This document shows, piece by piece, positions 46,884 through 55,677 of a stretch of 64,000 bases of DNA. This stretch comes from Clostridia bacterium (lineage in GTDB: Bacteria; Bacillota; Clostridia; Oscillospirales; CAG-272): the NCBI GenBank assembly GCA_017503865.1, contig JAFVSI010000009.1:8171-72170 (forward strand), read 5' to 3'. The notes under the pieces were generated by a model. The model made no database searches. It saw only the letters and a program-made list of their open reading frames with translations, and was not told the DNA's origin. Position numbers and translations under genes: made by a program. How positions within the stretch are numbered: the stretch's first letter is position 1; every line of letters starts with the position of its first letter.

Positions 46884-49800
46884 ATGCTTGAATTAAAAAA
46901 TATCGTAAAGGAATATCTCAGCGGTGAGTCGAAGGTCACGGCTCTTCGTGACGTCAGCCTCAAATTCAGAAAGAACGAATTTGTGGCAATTCTCGGTTCC
47001 TCCGGCTGTGGAAAGACGACCTTACTTAACATCGTTGGCGGTCTTGACAGATATACGAGCGGCGACCTTATTATAAACGGGGTTTCCACAAAGCAATACA
47101 AGGACTCGGACTGGGATAGCTATAGAAATCACTCTGTAGGATTTGTTTTCCAGAGCTATAATCTTATACCTCACCAGACGGTGCTTTCAAACGTTGAGCT
47201 TGCACTCACCCTTTCGGGCGTATCTAAGACAGAACGCAGAGCAAGGGCAAAGGAAGCACTTAGCCAGGTAGGTCTTGAGGACCAGATCCACAAGAAGCCC
47301 AATCAAATGTCGGGCGGACAGATGCAGAGAGTTGCAATAGCTCGTGCACTTGTCAATAACCCCGATATCTTACTTGCCGACGAGCCTACGGGTGCACTTG
47401 ACACACAGACGAGTGTGCAGATAATGGACCTTCTTAAAGAGGTTGCTAAGGACAGACTCGTTATTATGGTAACTCATAACCCCGAGCTTGCTGATGAGTA
47501 TGCTACAAGAATAGTAAGACTTCGTGACGGAGAAATCATAAGCGACAGCAATCCCGTTACAGAGGAATTTTCTGTGCCCACCCAAGAAGAAAAGGGCAAG
47601 AAGAAAAAGAAAAACAAGAATAAGACGTCAATGTCTTTCTTTACGGCTCTCTCACTCTCTCTCAACAACCTTATGACCAAAAAGACGAGAACGGCTCTCA
47701 CGTCCTTTGCAGGAAGCATAGGAATTATAGGAATCGCTCTCATTTTGGCACTTTCAAACGGTATTCAGGTTTATATAGATCAGGTTCAAGAGGATACTCT
47801 TTCAACTTATCCCTTGACGCTTCAAGCTGAAACACAGGATTTTTCGGCTCTTCTTGCGGCAATGACAGACGTTTCTGAGTCGCAGGTGACCGATCCTGAT
47901 CCAAACAAGATATACGTTGACGATTCGATGGGCTCAATGGCACAAGCGATGAGCTCGACCATTAAAAACGACCTCGTTTCCTTTAAATCCTATCTTGAAG
48001 ATAATTATAGCAGGATTGAGGATTCGGTAAGTGATATTCGTTATTCATACTCGTTTGACCTTCAAATGTTCAGCGAGGACGGAAAAACGCAGGTAAACCC
48101 CACGACCATTTTCGACAGTATGGGCGATATGTTTGCGGGTGTTGACGATATGATGGGAAGTATGGGCTCTATGAGTCCTATGGGCGGTATGAGCATTCTT
48201 TCCGAAATGATAGACAACAGAGAGCTTCTCGATCAGCAGTATGAGCTTGTAGGAGAGGGAAGCCGTTGGCCCGAAAAGGCAAACGAGGTTGTGCTTGTCG
48301 TTGGCAGGAACAATCAAATAAGCAAAATGACGCTTTATATGCTCGGAGTTGAGGACCAGAGCGAGATCGAGGGTATTCTCAACGATCTTATGACTAATGG
48401 TGAATACGAGTCAGAGCATATGCAGACGTATGACCTTGACGATTTTCTCGGTATGAAGTTCCGCCTTCTCAACACCTCTGACTTCTTTGCAAAGAGCGAG
48501 GACAAATATACAGTTGACGGAAAAGAGTACCCCGTATGGTACGATATGAGAACGGTCGGCTTCGATCAGGAGACCTTCGTTACCGAGAATGGAATGGAGC
48601 TTGTGGTATCGGGTATAGTTCGTCCCCGTGCGGGAGCATCTGCTGCGTCCATCACGGGAGCTATTGGATACACCAAGGAGCTTACCGAGCTTATTCTTGC
48701 TGAAAACCTTGAGAGTGAGGTCATAAATCAGCAGAAGGCAACTCCGCTTAACAACGTGCTTACGGGAGCAAGCTTTGAGAGAGTGCCTTACACAAGAGAG
48801 AATATCGGTGAGCTTGTAAGACGTGTTGGTACTACCAATATGAATAGCTTTTATAATATCATGACCTCTATGATAGTGAACAACGACGAGTACAAGTCAT
48901 TGCTTGAGGTAAATGATAACACCGCCGCTATGTTTATCGGCACTATGGAGAACGATAAGCAGGCAGAGAAGATCGGTAAGCTTATCGAGATGGCAAAGAA
49001 AAATGACGTTACGGGACAGATAGTACCGCAGATATTGGCGTCACTTTCCTATGCTCCCGACGGTCTTAAGGGTGTTGTATTTACCGAGGATAACGTTGTA
49101 TCCCTGTTGCCGCTTATGTCAAATACTCAGGTTATGATGCTCATAGGTATACCCGAGACACCCGACAATCCCGAGACCGAAATTAGCGAGGCTTCTCCCG
49201 CTGTTATAGGCCTCAAGGACGTATGCTCACCAGAGGATAAGGCGGCATTCTTCGCCGATATGAACGCGGAGATGGAGACTTGGAAGGTCAACGAAAAGAG
49301 TATGTCGCTCCTTCTTTCGCAGATGGACGAGGAGATGTTCGCTGAGTTTGAGGAGACGCTCTATTCTCTCGTTCCCGATAAGGACGCGACCTATGAGTCA
49401 ACGCTCAAAAAGCTTGGAGACGCTGAAAAATCAGCTCCTTCAACGATCAATTTCTATGCAAAGGACTTTGCCTCTAAAAAGGTCATTGAAGAGCTTATAA
49501 GCGATTATAACGACTCTGTAGAGGAATCGCATAAGGTAAAGTACACCGACGTTGTAGGTATTATGATGTCGTCTGTATCAACGATAATCGACGTTATCTC
49601 TTACGTGCTTATAGCCTTCGTTTCTATCTCGCTCGTGGTATCCTCGATAATGATAGGAATTATCACCTATATCTCGGTGCTTGAGCGTACTAAGGAGATT
49701 GGAATTCTTCGTGCTATCGGTGCGTCGAAGAGAGATATTTCCCGTGTGTTCAATGCAGAGACTATGATAATTGGCTTCGGTGCAGGATTTATAGGCGTTG

Positions 49801-50000
49801 GCGGAACGCTACTCTTGTGTCTGCCGATAAATGCTATAATCCACGCACTTTCGGGCATACAGAACGTAAGTGCACAGATGCCTCTTATGGCAGGCGTCAT
49901 ACTAATCGTAATAAGCGTGGTGCTTACACTTATCTCGGGACTTTTCCCTGCGAGAATTGCATCGAAGAAGGATCCCGTTGAGGCACTTCGTTCCGAATAA
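46884..50000 (+). CDS. Fused ABC transporter: MacB/LolD-type ATPase + large extracytoplasmic domain + FtsX-type permease
   Basis: Walker A GSSGCGKTT, signature MSGGQMQRVAIARAL and Walker B ILLADEPTG. After a lysine linker (KGKKKKKNKNK) come a TM helix, a ~600-aa loop, then C-terminal FtsX helices (ERTKEIGILRAIGASKRDI). Confidence 0.85.
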   Translation: MLELKNIVKEYLSGESKVTALRDVSLKFRKNEFVAILGSSGCGKTTLLNIVGGLDRYTSGDLIINGVSTKQYKDSDWDSYRNHSVGFVFQSYNLIPHQTVLSNVELALTLSGVSKTERRARAKEALSQVGLEDQIHKKPNQMSGGQMQRVAIARALVNNPDILLADEPTGALDTQTSVQIMDLLKEVAKDRLVIMVTHNPELADEYATRIVRLRDGEIISDSNPVTEEFSVPTQEEKGKKKKKNKNKTSMSFFTALSLSLNNLMTKKTRTALTSFAGSIGIIGIALILALSNGIQVYIDQVQEDTLSTYPLTLQAETQDFSALLAAMTDVSESQVTDPDPNKIYVDDSMGSMAQAMSSTIKNDLVSFKSYLEDNYSRIEDSVSDIRYSYSFDLQMFSEDGKTQVNPTTIFDSMGDMFAGVDDMMGSMGSMSPMGGMSILSEMIDNRELLDQQYELVGEGSRWPEKANEVVLVVGRNNQISKMTLYMLGVEDQSEIEGILNDLMTNGEYESEHMQTYDLDDFLGMKFRLLNTSDFFAKSEDKYTVDGKEYPVWYDMRTVGFDQETFVTENGMELVVSGIVRPRAGASAASITGAIGYTKELTELILAENLESEVINQQKATPLNNVLTGASFERVPYTRENIGELVRRVGTTNMNSFYNIMTSMIVNNDEYKSLLEVNDNTAAMFIGTMENDKQAEKIGKLIEMAKKNDVTGQIVPQILASLSYAPDGLKGVVFTEDNVVSLLPLMSNTQVMMLIGIPETPDNPETEISEASPAVIGLKDVCSPEDKAAFFADMNAEMETWKVNEKSMSLLLSQMDEEMFAEFEETLYSLVPDKDATYESTLKKLGDAEKSAPSTINFYAKDFASKKVIEELISDYNDSVEESHKVKYTDVVGIMMSSVSTIIDVISYVLIAFVSISLVVSSIMIGIITYISVLERTKEIGILRAIGASKRDISRVFNAETMIIGFGAGFIGVGGTLLLCLPINAIIHALSGIQNVSAQMPLMAGVILIVISVVLTLISGLFPARIASKKDPVEALRSE

Positions 50001-50014
50001 GGAGTTGCTTGAAT

Positions 50015-50425
50015 ATGGGAAAAATAAAGTCTGCTCTTTATAGATTTATGTACGGCAGATACGGTACTGACACACTAAATAAGGCACTTTTGTGGTGTTA
50101 CGTCGGTCTTATTCTTGTGCAGATGATAGTTACCGTTTTTGTAGAAAACGTAGCTTATGCGACCTTCGTTTTTATGATTCTTGAATGGACTCTCGTTTTC
50201 GTGATCTTCTTTAGAATGATGTCCCGAAATATTGCAAAAAGACGCAGAGAAAACGAAAGGTTTACGTCTTATTTCAAGCTCGTTCGTAATAAGCATAGGG
50301 ATAGAAAGACCCACGTTTACAGAAAATGCCCGTCCTGCAAGGTTACCCTTCGTCTGCCGAAAGCAAAAGGGAAGCATACCGTCGTATGCCCCAAATGCAA
50401 AAATAGATTTGAGGTAAGAGGATAA
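50015..50425 (+). CDS. Membrane protein with a C-terminal zinc ribbon
   Basis: Two TM helices precede CPSC...CPKC. ATG 50015 lies 10 nt after GGAG, and the gene starts 15 nt after the ABC gene. Confidence 0.6.
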   Translation: MGKIKSALYRFMYGRYGTDTLNKALLWCYVGLILVQMIVTVFVENVAYATFVFMILEWTLVFVIFFRMMSRNIAKRRRENERFTSYFKLVRNKHRDRKTHVYRKCPSCKVTLRLPKAKGKHTVVCPKCKNRFEVRG

Positions 50426-50452
50426 AAAGGCGGCTCGAAAGAGCCGCCTTTT
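50424..50452. terminator. Bidirectional terminator hairpin
   Basis: AAAAAGGCGGCTC-GAAA-GAGCCGCCTTTT. Confidence 0.75.
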
Positions 50453-50496
50453 AAATTACCTAAAGGTAGAAACCTTCGGTTCCAAAAATTTGAAAT
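50453..50496 (-). repeat. Intergenic repeat module A copy 4 (reverse orientation), abutting the terminator hairpin
   Basis: The plus strand reads AAATTACCTAAAGGTAGAAACCTTCGGTTCCAAAAATTTGAAAT. Confidence 0.75.
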
Positions 50497-50578
50497 ATAT
50501 TTTGTAGAGTTTTGAATTTATTGACATAAGGGAAAATATGTGATAAAATATTTATATCAAAACAAGAAGGATATAAAA

Positions 50579-51283
50579 ATGAACGGTATAAAGAAAACTG
50601 TCGGTATTATGGGCGGAATGGGGCCTATGGCAACGGCAGACCTTATTTACAACATAGTTTCGTCGACAAAAGCGGCAAGCGACAGCGACCATATTCACCT
50701 TATAATTGACAGCGACGGCAGTGTGCCCGACAGGACCGAGGCTATACTTCACGGCGGCGAATCACCCCTGCCGAAGCTTATAACGATGGCGAAAAAGCTC
50801 GAATATATGGGGGCTGACATAATTGCGGTCTCCTGTAACACCTCGCACTATTTTTACAATGAGATATGCGATGCGGTTGACGTTCCCGTGCTTAATATGC
50901 TTAACGAGACGGCTCGCTCTATTGCCCGTTCGGGTGCGAAGGAGGTTTTGCTTCTTGCCACTGATGCCACTGTCAAGATGGGGCTTTACGAGAAATATCT
51001 TTCACAGTACGGCATCAAGACGAAATATATGAGTGACGAGGGGCAAAGAGAGGTTATGAAGCTCATATACGATTGTGTTAAGGCGGGACATTTCGAGTTT
51101 GACGTAGATAATTTCAGAAAAATGCTTCGCGAGGCAGGGGCAGAGGACATTCCAACAATTCTCGGTTGTACCGAGTTACCGATTGCCTTCAGACGCTTCG
51201 AGCTTTCGGGATTTCATACCATAGACCCGTCAAACATACTCGCAAAGGCGATAATTAGAGACGCGGGCGGGGAGCTTAAATAA
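50579..51283 (+). CDS. Aspartate/glutamate racemase family protein (aspartate-racemase-like)
   Basis: IGIMGGMGPMATADL, with the catalytic Cys contexts AVSCNTSHYF and LGCTELP. Confidence 0.8.
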   Translation: MNGIKKTVGIMGGMGPMATADLIYNIVSSTKAASDSDHIHLIIDSDGSVPDRTEAILHGGESPLPKLITMAKKLEYMGADIIAVSCNTSHYFYNEICDAVDVPVLNMLNETARSIARSGAKEVLLLATDATVKMGLYEKYLSQYGIKTKYMSDEGQREVMKLIYDCVKAGHFEFDVDNFRKMLREAGAEDIPTILGCTELPIAFRRFELSGFHTIDPSNILAKAIIRDAGGELK

Positions 51284-51343
51284 TTTGTTGAGATATATTT
51301 TTAACGAAAATAATATACTGTTAATAAGAAGGAGTGATGTGTT

Positions 51344-51766
51344 ATGGCAATGGTGTACGGTTGGCTTGCGGTTGTGGTTATCGCAATAATTGTTGAGGTC
51401 ATAGTGCCCGGACTTGTTTCTATCTGGTTCGTTCCGTCGGCACTTGTGGCAATGGTTTTGGCATTTTTCTCGGTGCCTGTTATTATACAGGTTGCGGTCT
51501 TCTTGGTGTCCTCGGGTCTGTTTATATTTCTTTCAAGAAAATTTATCGGCACAGGGAAGAAGAGCACGAGAACTAATATTGACAGTGTTATAGGTGAGCG
51601 TTGTATAGTTGCTGAAAAAATTGATAATATTCACGCCACCGGTAAGGTGAAGCTTAATGGAATGGACTGGACAGCTCGTTCACTTGACAGCGAGGTCACT
51701 TACGAGGTTGACGATATTGTGTATGTCGACAGAGTAGAGGGCGTAAAATTAATAGTAAAAAAATAA
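51344..51766 (+). CDS. NfeD-family membrane protein
   Basis: Three N-terminal TM helices and a C-terminal OB-like domain (G.V.LNGMDWTARS). The gene lies upstream of the SPFH gene. Confidence 0.8.
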   Translation: MAMVYGWLAVVVIAIIVEVIVPGLVSIWFVPSALVAMVLAFFSVPVIIQVAVFLVSSGLFIFLSRKFIGTGKKSTRTNIDSVIGERCIVAEKIDNIHATGKVKLNGMDWTARSLDSEVTYEVDDIVYVDRVEGVKLIVKK

Positions 51767-51785
51767 TATAAAAAAGGAGAATGTT

Positions 51786-52700
51786 ATGATACCTGCAATA
51801 ATTGGAATAATAGTTGTTTTTTTAGTGGTGCTTATAAGCTGTATACACATTGTACCCCAAGCTAATGCTTACGTTATTGAGCGACTTGGAATGTATCATG
51901 CTACATGGAAAACGGGAATGCACATAAAGGTGCCCTTTATTGATAAGATATCAAGAAGGATAAACCTTATGGAGCAGGTTGCCGATTTTCCGCCCCAGCC
52001 TGTTATTACCAAGGATAACGTTACTATGCAGATAGATACGGTCGTTTTCTATCAGATAACCGATTGCAAGCTCTTTGCATACGGAGTAACAAAGCCGCTT
52101 GTGGCTATTGAGAACCTTACTGCAACAACGCTCAGAAACATTATAGGTGAGCTTGATCTCGATGCTACCCTTACCTCGCGTGACGTAATAAATACCCGTA
52201 TGCGCGCAGCGCTTGATGAGGCTACTGACCCATGGGGAATTAAAGTAACACGTGTTGAGCTTAAGAACATTATGCCTCCGAGAGAGATACAAGAGGCAAT
52301 GGAAAAGCAGATGAAAGCCGAAAGAGAGCGCCGTGAGGCTATTCTTCGTGCAGAGGGCGAGAAGAACAGTGCGATCCTCGTGGCAGAGGGAGAAAAGCAG
52401 TCCGTTATTCTTCGTGCTGAGGCTGAAAAGCAGTCGGCTATTCTTCGCGCCGAGGCAGTAAGAGAAGCCAAGATCAGAGAGGCTGAAGGTGAAGCTGAGG
52501 CTATTCTTAAGGTGCAGGAAGCAACTGCGGCAGGTCTTAAGATGCTCAACGAGGCGGCTCCCAACGACCAAGTAGTCAAGCTCAAGAGCCTTGAGGCATT
52601 CGGAAAGGCTGCTGACGGAAAGGCAACTAAGATAATCATTCCGTCTGAAATACAGGGACTTGCGGGTCTTGCAGGTGGAATTACAGAAGCCGTCAAATAA
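51786..52700 (+). CDS. SPFH/band-7 (stomatin-like) protein
   Basis: N-terminal TM helix, SPFH core (VITKDNVTMQIDTVVFYQI...) and a repetitive coiled coil (AILRAEGEK...). Confidence 0.9.
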   Translation: MIPAIIGIIVVFLVVLISCIHIVPQANAYVIERLGMYHATWKTGMHIKVPFIDKISRRINLMEQVADFPPQPVITKDNVTMQIDTVVFYQITDCKLFAYGVTKPLVAIENLTATTLRNIIGELDLDATLTSRDVINTRMRAALDEATDPWGIKVTRVELKNIMPPREIQEAMEKQMKAERERREAILRAEGEKNSAILVAEGEKQSVILRAEAEKQSAILRAEAVREAKIREAEGEAEAILKVQEATAAGLKMLNEAAPNDQVVKLKSLEAFGKAADGKATKIIIPSEIQGLAGLAGGITEAVK

Positions 52701-52702
52701 AT

Positions 52703-52740
52703 AAAAAAGCGTTGGTACTTTTGTACCAACGCTTTTAATT
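52703..52740. terminator. Bidirectional terminator between the SPFH gene and rnhA
   Basis: AAAAAAGCGTTGGTAC-TTTT-GTACCAACGCTTTT. Confidence 0.8.
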
Positions 52741-53181
52741 TTAATCTGTAAAGCTATCAGCGAACGTGGTTGCGAGAACGTCGCAACGCTCGTTATATTC
52801 ATGCCCTGTGTGACCGTGAACCCAAACAAAGCTGACTTTGTGTCTCTCAAGCTGAGCAATAAGACGTTGCCAAAGGTCAACGTTCAGCACCTCGCTTCTG
52901 TCAGCCTTTCGCCAACCGTTTTTCTTCCAAGAATCGAGCCAGCCTTTCTCGATTGCATCAACGAGATACTTTGAGTCAGACGTGAGCGTCACCTCGCAGG
53001 GCTCTTTGAGGACTGTGAGTGCCTCGATAGCCGCCATAAGCTCCATTCTGTTGTTGGTAGTCTGCCTCTCACCGCCCGACATTTCCTTTTTATTTTTGCC
53101 GTATATGAGGATAGCCCCCCAGCCGCCCTTACCGGGATTACCTCGGCAGGCACCGTCTGTATAAATATCAACGTGCTTCAT
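52741..53181 (-). CDS. rnhA: Ribonuclease HI
   Basis: [22 protein letters not shown]...TNNRMEL...[11 protein letters not shown]. Confidence 0.92.
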   Translation of the reverse strand: MKHVDIYTDGACRGNPGKGGWGAILIYGKNKKEMSGGERQTTNNRMELMAAIEALTVLKEPCEVTLTSDSKYLVDAIEKGWLDSWKKNGWRKADRSEVLNVDLWQRLIAQLERHKVSFVWVHGHTGHEYNERCDVLATTFADSFTD

Positions 53182-53249
53182 AGAAAACCTCGCTAAACTT
53201 AAACTCTTCCTCTATATTCTAACACAAAAGGTTAAATATTTCAATATTA

Positions 53250-53287
53250 AAACAAAAATTAAGCCTTCTCCTGTGGGAGAAGGCTTT
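53250..53287 (-). terminator. Intrinsic terminator of the three-paralog operon
   Basis: On the minus strand, AAGCCTTCTCC-CACA-GGAGAAGGCTT is followed by AATTTTTGTTTT. Confidence 0.7.
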
Positions 53288-53306
53288 AGTTGATTTTCTT
53301 TGACGT

Positions 53307-54473
53307 TTAGAAAGTGATAACTACCTTGTCGGTATTGTGCTTTATCTCGTAGTTTGAGAATTCCTTGTGAGTTTCGTAAAGCTTCATCTCGCCGCCCTCA
53401 ATGGACTTCGGAACAAGACCGTTTTTAAAGCTGATATAAAAGACGTTATTGCCCTTAATGTTCTTTTGTGCCTGTGTTTCGCTAAGGTCGATTATGCAAT
53501 TGTTTTCGCCTGTCTCAAGCTTTGCAAAAACCTTGTAATAGAGCTGATTTGCGGCAAATGCGATATCCTTTGAAAGAAGTGCACCGAAGACCTCGCTCTG
53601 ACGGTGGAAGAAATCAACCCAAGCGTCAAGGCTGTCAAGATTGTTTTCGGGATTGTAATGAAGGAAATTTGTCCAGTGTATGCCAAATACTCCCGAACGG
53701 ATAGGCTTTTTCTCATCTCCGAATGGAGTAAAGTAGGTCGGGTCAAAGTCATAAGCCTCCCACGGTACGTTTCCGCCGTCCTCACGAATAGATGCAATGC
53801 CGCCAAAGGTCTTTAAATTTCCCTTATAGGGAAGCGAGCCGTTTGTCCAGTACTTTATGCCGATAGGCTCAAGTATCTCTGCCATCTCGTTCATCATATC
53901 GAGGTTTGTGGTTGCCATTCCGCACGGAGAAACGAATACTCTCGGCTTTTGAGAAAAGCCCCACGAATCGTATATCTTGAAGAAAAGCTCAAGACGGTTC
54001 TTGAAATCGTTGGTGTCGAGATATGAGGTCTTTTTCGTTTCGTCAATGGGAGTAAAATATTCTCTTTCCCAGATCCGCTTCCCGTTTTCGTCATATCTTC
54101 CGTGAAGAAGTCCGTGAATTGCATACTCTATGTATTCTGCACTTTCGATCTCCTCAAAGCATGCCTTGGCATACTCGAGGTCAATTTCAGATGCTCTGTC
54201 CCAAGTATAGGGCTTGTGAGTAATTCCAACTTGTCCACGAAGAAAATTATCCTTGTCCCAGTCGCCAAGGCAGAGAGGGCAGACTATCTTCATATCAAGT
54301 GCCTTGCCAAGCTCGGCAAGCATTCTGTAATCAAGGGGGTGATGGTTACGGGGAAGTCCCGAACGTGATGCCTGACCTATTGTACGAAGGTCACGTCCGT
54401 CATGCCAGCCCACGTCGTCAAGTGAAAGCTGAAACGCGGCAGGAATAGTTATTTTATCAAGAATATTTCCCAT
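53307..54473 (-). CDS. Uncharacterized conserved cytoplasmic protein, tandem paralog 1 of 3
   Basis: 388 aa. Shares conserved blocks with the two upstream ORFs (LDDVGWHDG, HHPLDYRML, KIVCPLCLGDWDK, EYIEYAIHG..HGRY, HWTNFL..NPENNL, VFYISFKNGL). No signal peptide or TM helix. Confidence 0.8.
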   Translation of the reverse strand: MGNILDKITIPAAFQLSLDDVGWHDGRDLRTIGQASRSGLPRNHHPLDYRMLAELGKALDMKIVCPLCLGDWDKDNFLRGQVGITHKPYTWDRASEIDLEYAKACFEEIESAEYIEYAIHGLLHGRYDENGKRIWEREYFTPIDETKKTSYLDTNDFKNRLELFFKIYDSWGFSQKPRVFVSPCGMATTNLDMMNEMAEILEPIGIKYWTNGSLPYKGNLKTFGGIASIREDGGNVPWEAYDFDPTYFTPFGDEKKPIRSGVFGIHWTNFLHYNPENNLDSLDAWVDFFHRQSEVFGALLSKDIAFAANQLYYKVFAKLETGENNCIIDLSETQAQKNIKGNNVFYISFKNGLVPKSIEGGEMKLYETHKEFSNYEIKHNTDKVVITF

Positions 54474-54493
54474 TTTTATTACTCGATTTTTAA

Positions 54494-55666
54494 TTAAAAA
54501 GAAATTACTACCTTATCGTTAGCGTGTTTTATTTCGTAGGTCGAGAATTCCTTGTGAGTTTCGTAAAGCTTCATTTCGCCGCCCTCACAAGACGCGGGAA
54601 CAAGACCGTTCTTAAAGCTTATATAAAAGACGTTATTATCCTTGACATTCTTCTTTTCAAGAGCATTCGAGAGGTCTATAACACACTTTCCTTCCTCGAC
54701 GCTTATATTCGAGAAAAGACGGTAGAACTGCTGATTTACAGAGAAGCCCATATCTTTTGAAATCATAGTGCCGAAAACCTCGCTCTGACGTTTGAAATAT
54801 GTTACCCACTCGTCAAGTCTCTTGAGATTGTTTTCGGGGTTGAAACGAAGGAAATTCGTCCAGTGCATACCTATAACGTTGCTGTCAGGCTTAAAGGTAT
54901 CAAAATACGTAGGGTCAATGTCATACGCCTGCCAGGGAATTTCCTTGCCGAACATCTCGCCCATTTTCGGCATACAGGCAATATTGTTATACATATTGAA
55001 GTTGCCCTCAAAGGGGAAAACACCGTTAGTCCAGTATTTTATGCCTCTTTCACTCAGCTCTGCTGACATTCTTTCCATTATATCGTCGTTAAAGGTCTTT
55101 CTGCCCATTCCGCAGGGAGAAACAAATATTCTTATCTTCTGCGAAAAGCCCCAACCGTTGTAAATTTTAAAGAATAGGTCGAGACGGCGTCTAAAATCGT
55201 CAATGTCAAAAACAACTGTCTTATTTCTACCCTCGGGATTTGGAATAAAGTATTCCTTCTCCCAAACAAGCTTGCCGTTCTCGTCATATCTGCCGTGATG
55301 AAGTCCGTGAATAGCATATTCTATATACTCGCCACCTTCCATCTCGTCAAAGCACGCCTTTGCATAGTCAAGGTCTATCTCAGAGGCTCTGTCCCAGTTA
55401 TAAGGATTATTGGTGATACCGACCTCTCCACGCAAATAATTCCACTTATCCCAGTCGCCAAGGCAGAGAGGGCAGACTATCTTCATATCAATTGCACGTC
55501 CAAGTTCTTGAAGCATTCTGTAATCAAGGGGGTGATGGTCGCGGGGAAGTCCCGAGCGAGAAGGGCCACCCTCGGTACGAAGGTCGCGTCCGTCGTGCCA
55601 GCCCACGTCGTCAAGACAAAGCTGAAGGGCTGAGGGAATAGTTATTTTATCAAGTATATTTTCCAT
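54494..55666 (-). CDS. Uncharacterized conserved cytoplasmic protein, tandem paralog 2 of 3
   Basis: 390 aa, with AAGGAGAAAAA directly upstream of the ATG. Shares the same conserved blocks. Confidence 0.8.
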   Translation of the reverse strand: MENILDKITIPSALQLCLDDVGWHDGRDLRTEGGPSRSGLPRDHHPLDYRMLQELGRAIDMKIVCPLCLGDWDKWNYLRGEVGITNNPYNWDRASEIDLDYAKACFDEMEGGEYIEYAIHGLHHGRYDENGKLVWEKEYFIPNPEGRNKTVVFDIDDFRRRLDLFFKIYNGWGFSQKIRIFVSPCGMGRKTFNDDIMERMSAELSERGIKYWTNGVFPFEGNFNMYNNIACMPKMGEMFGKEIPWQAYDIDPTYFDTFKPDSNVIGMHWTNFLRFNPENNLKRLDEWVTYFKRQSEVFGTMISKDMGFSVNQQFYRLFSNISVEEGKCVIDLSNALEKKNVKDNNVFYISFKNGLVPASCEGGEMKLYETHKEFSTYEIKHANDKVVISF

Positions 55667-55677
55667 TTTTTCTCCTT

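Noticed and set aside
52320-52470. Tandem ~33-nt periodicity within the SPFH gene (AILRAEGEKNSAIL / VAEGEKQSVIL / RAEAEKQSAIL).
   Set aside because: This is the ordinary heptad/coiled-coil repeat of stomatin-like proteins. It is in frame and coding, so it is not a DNA-level repeat element or a CRISPR array.
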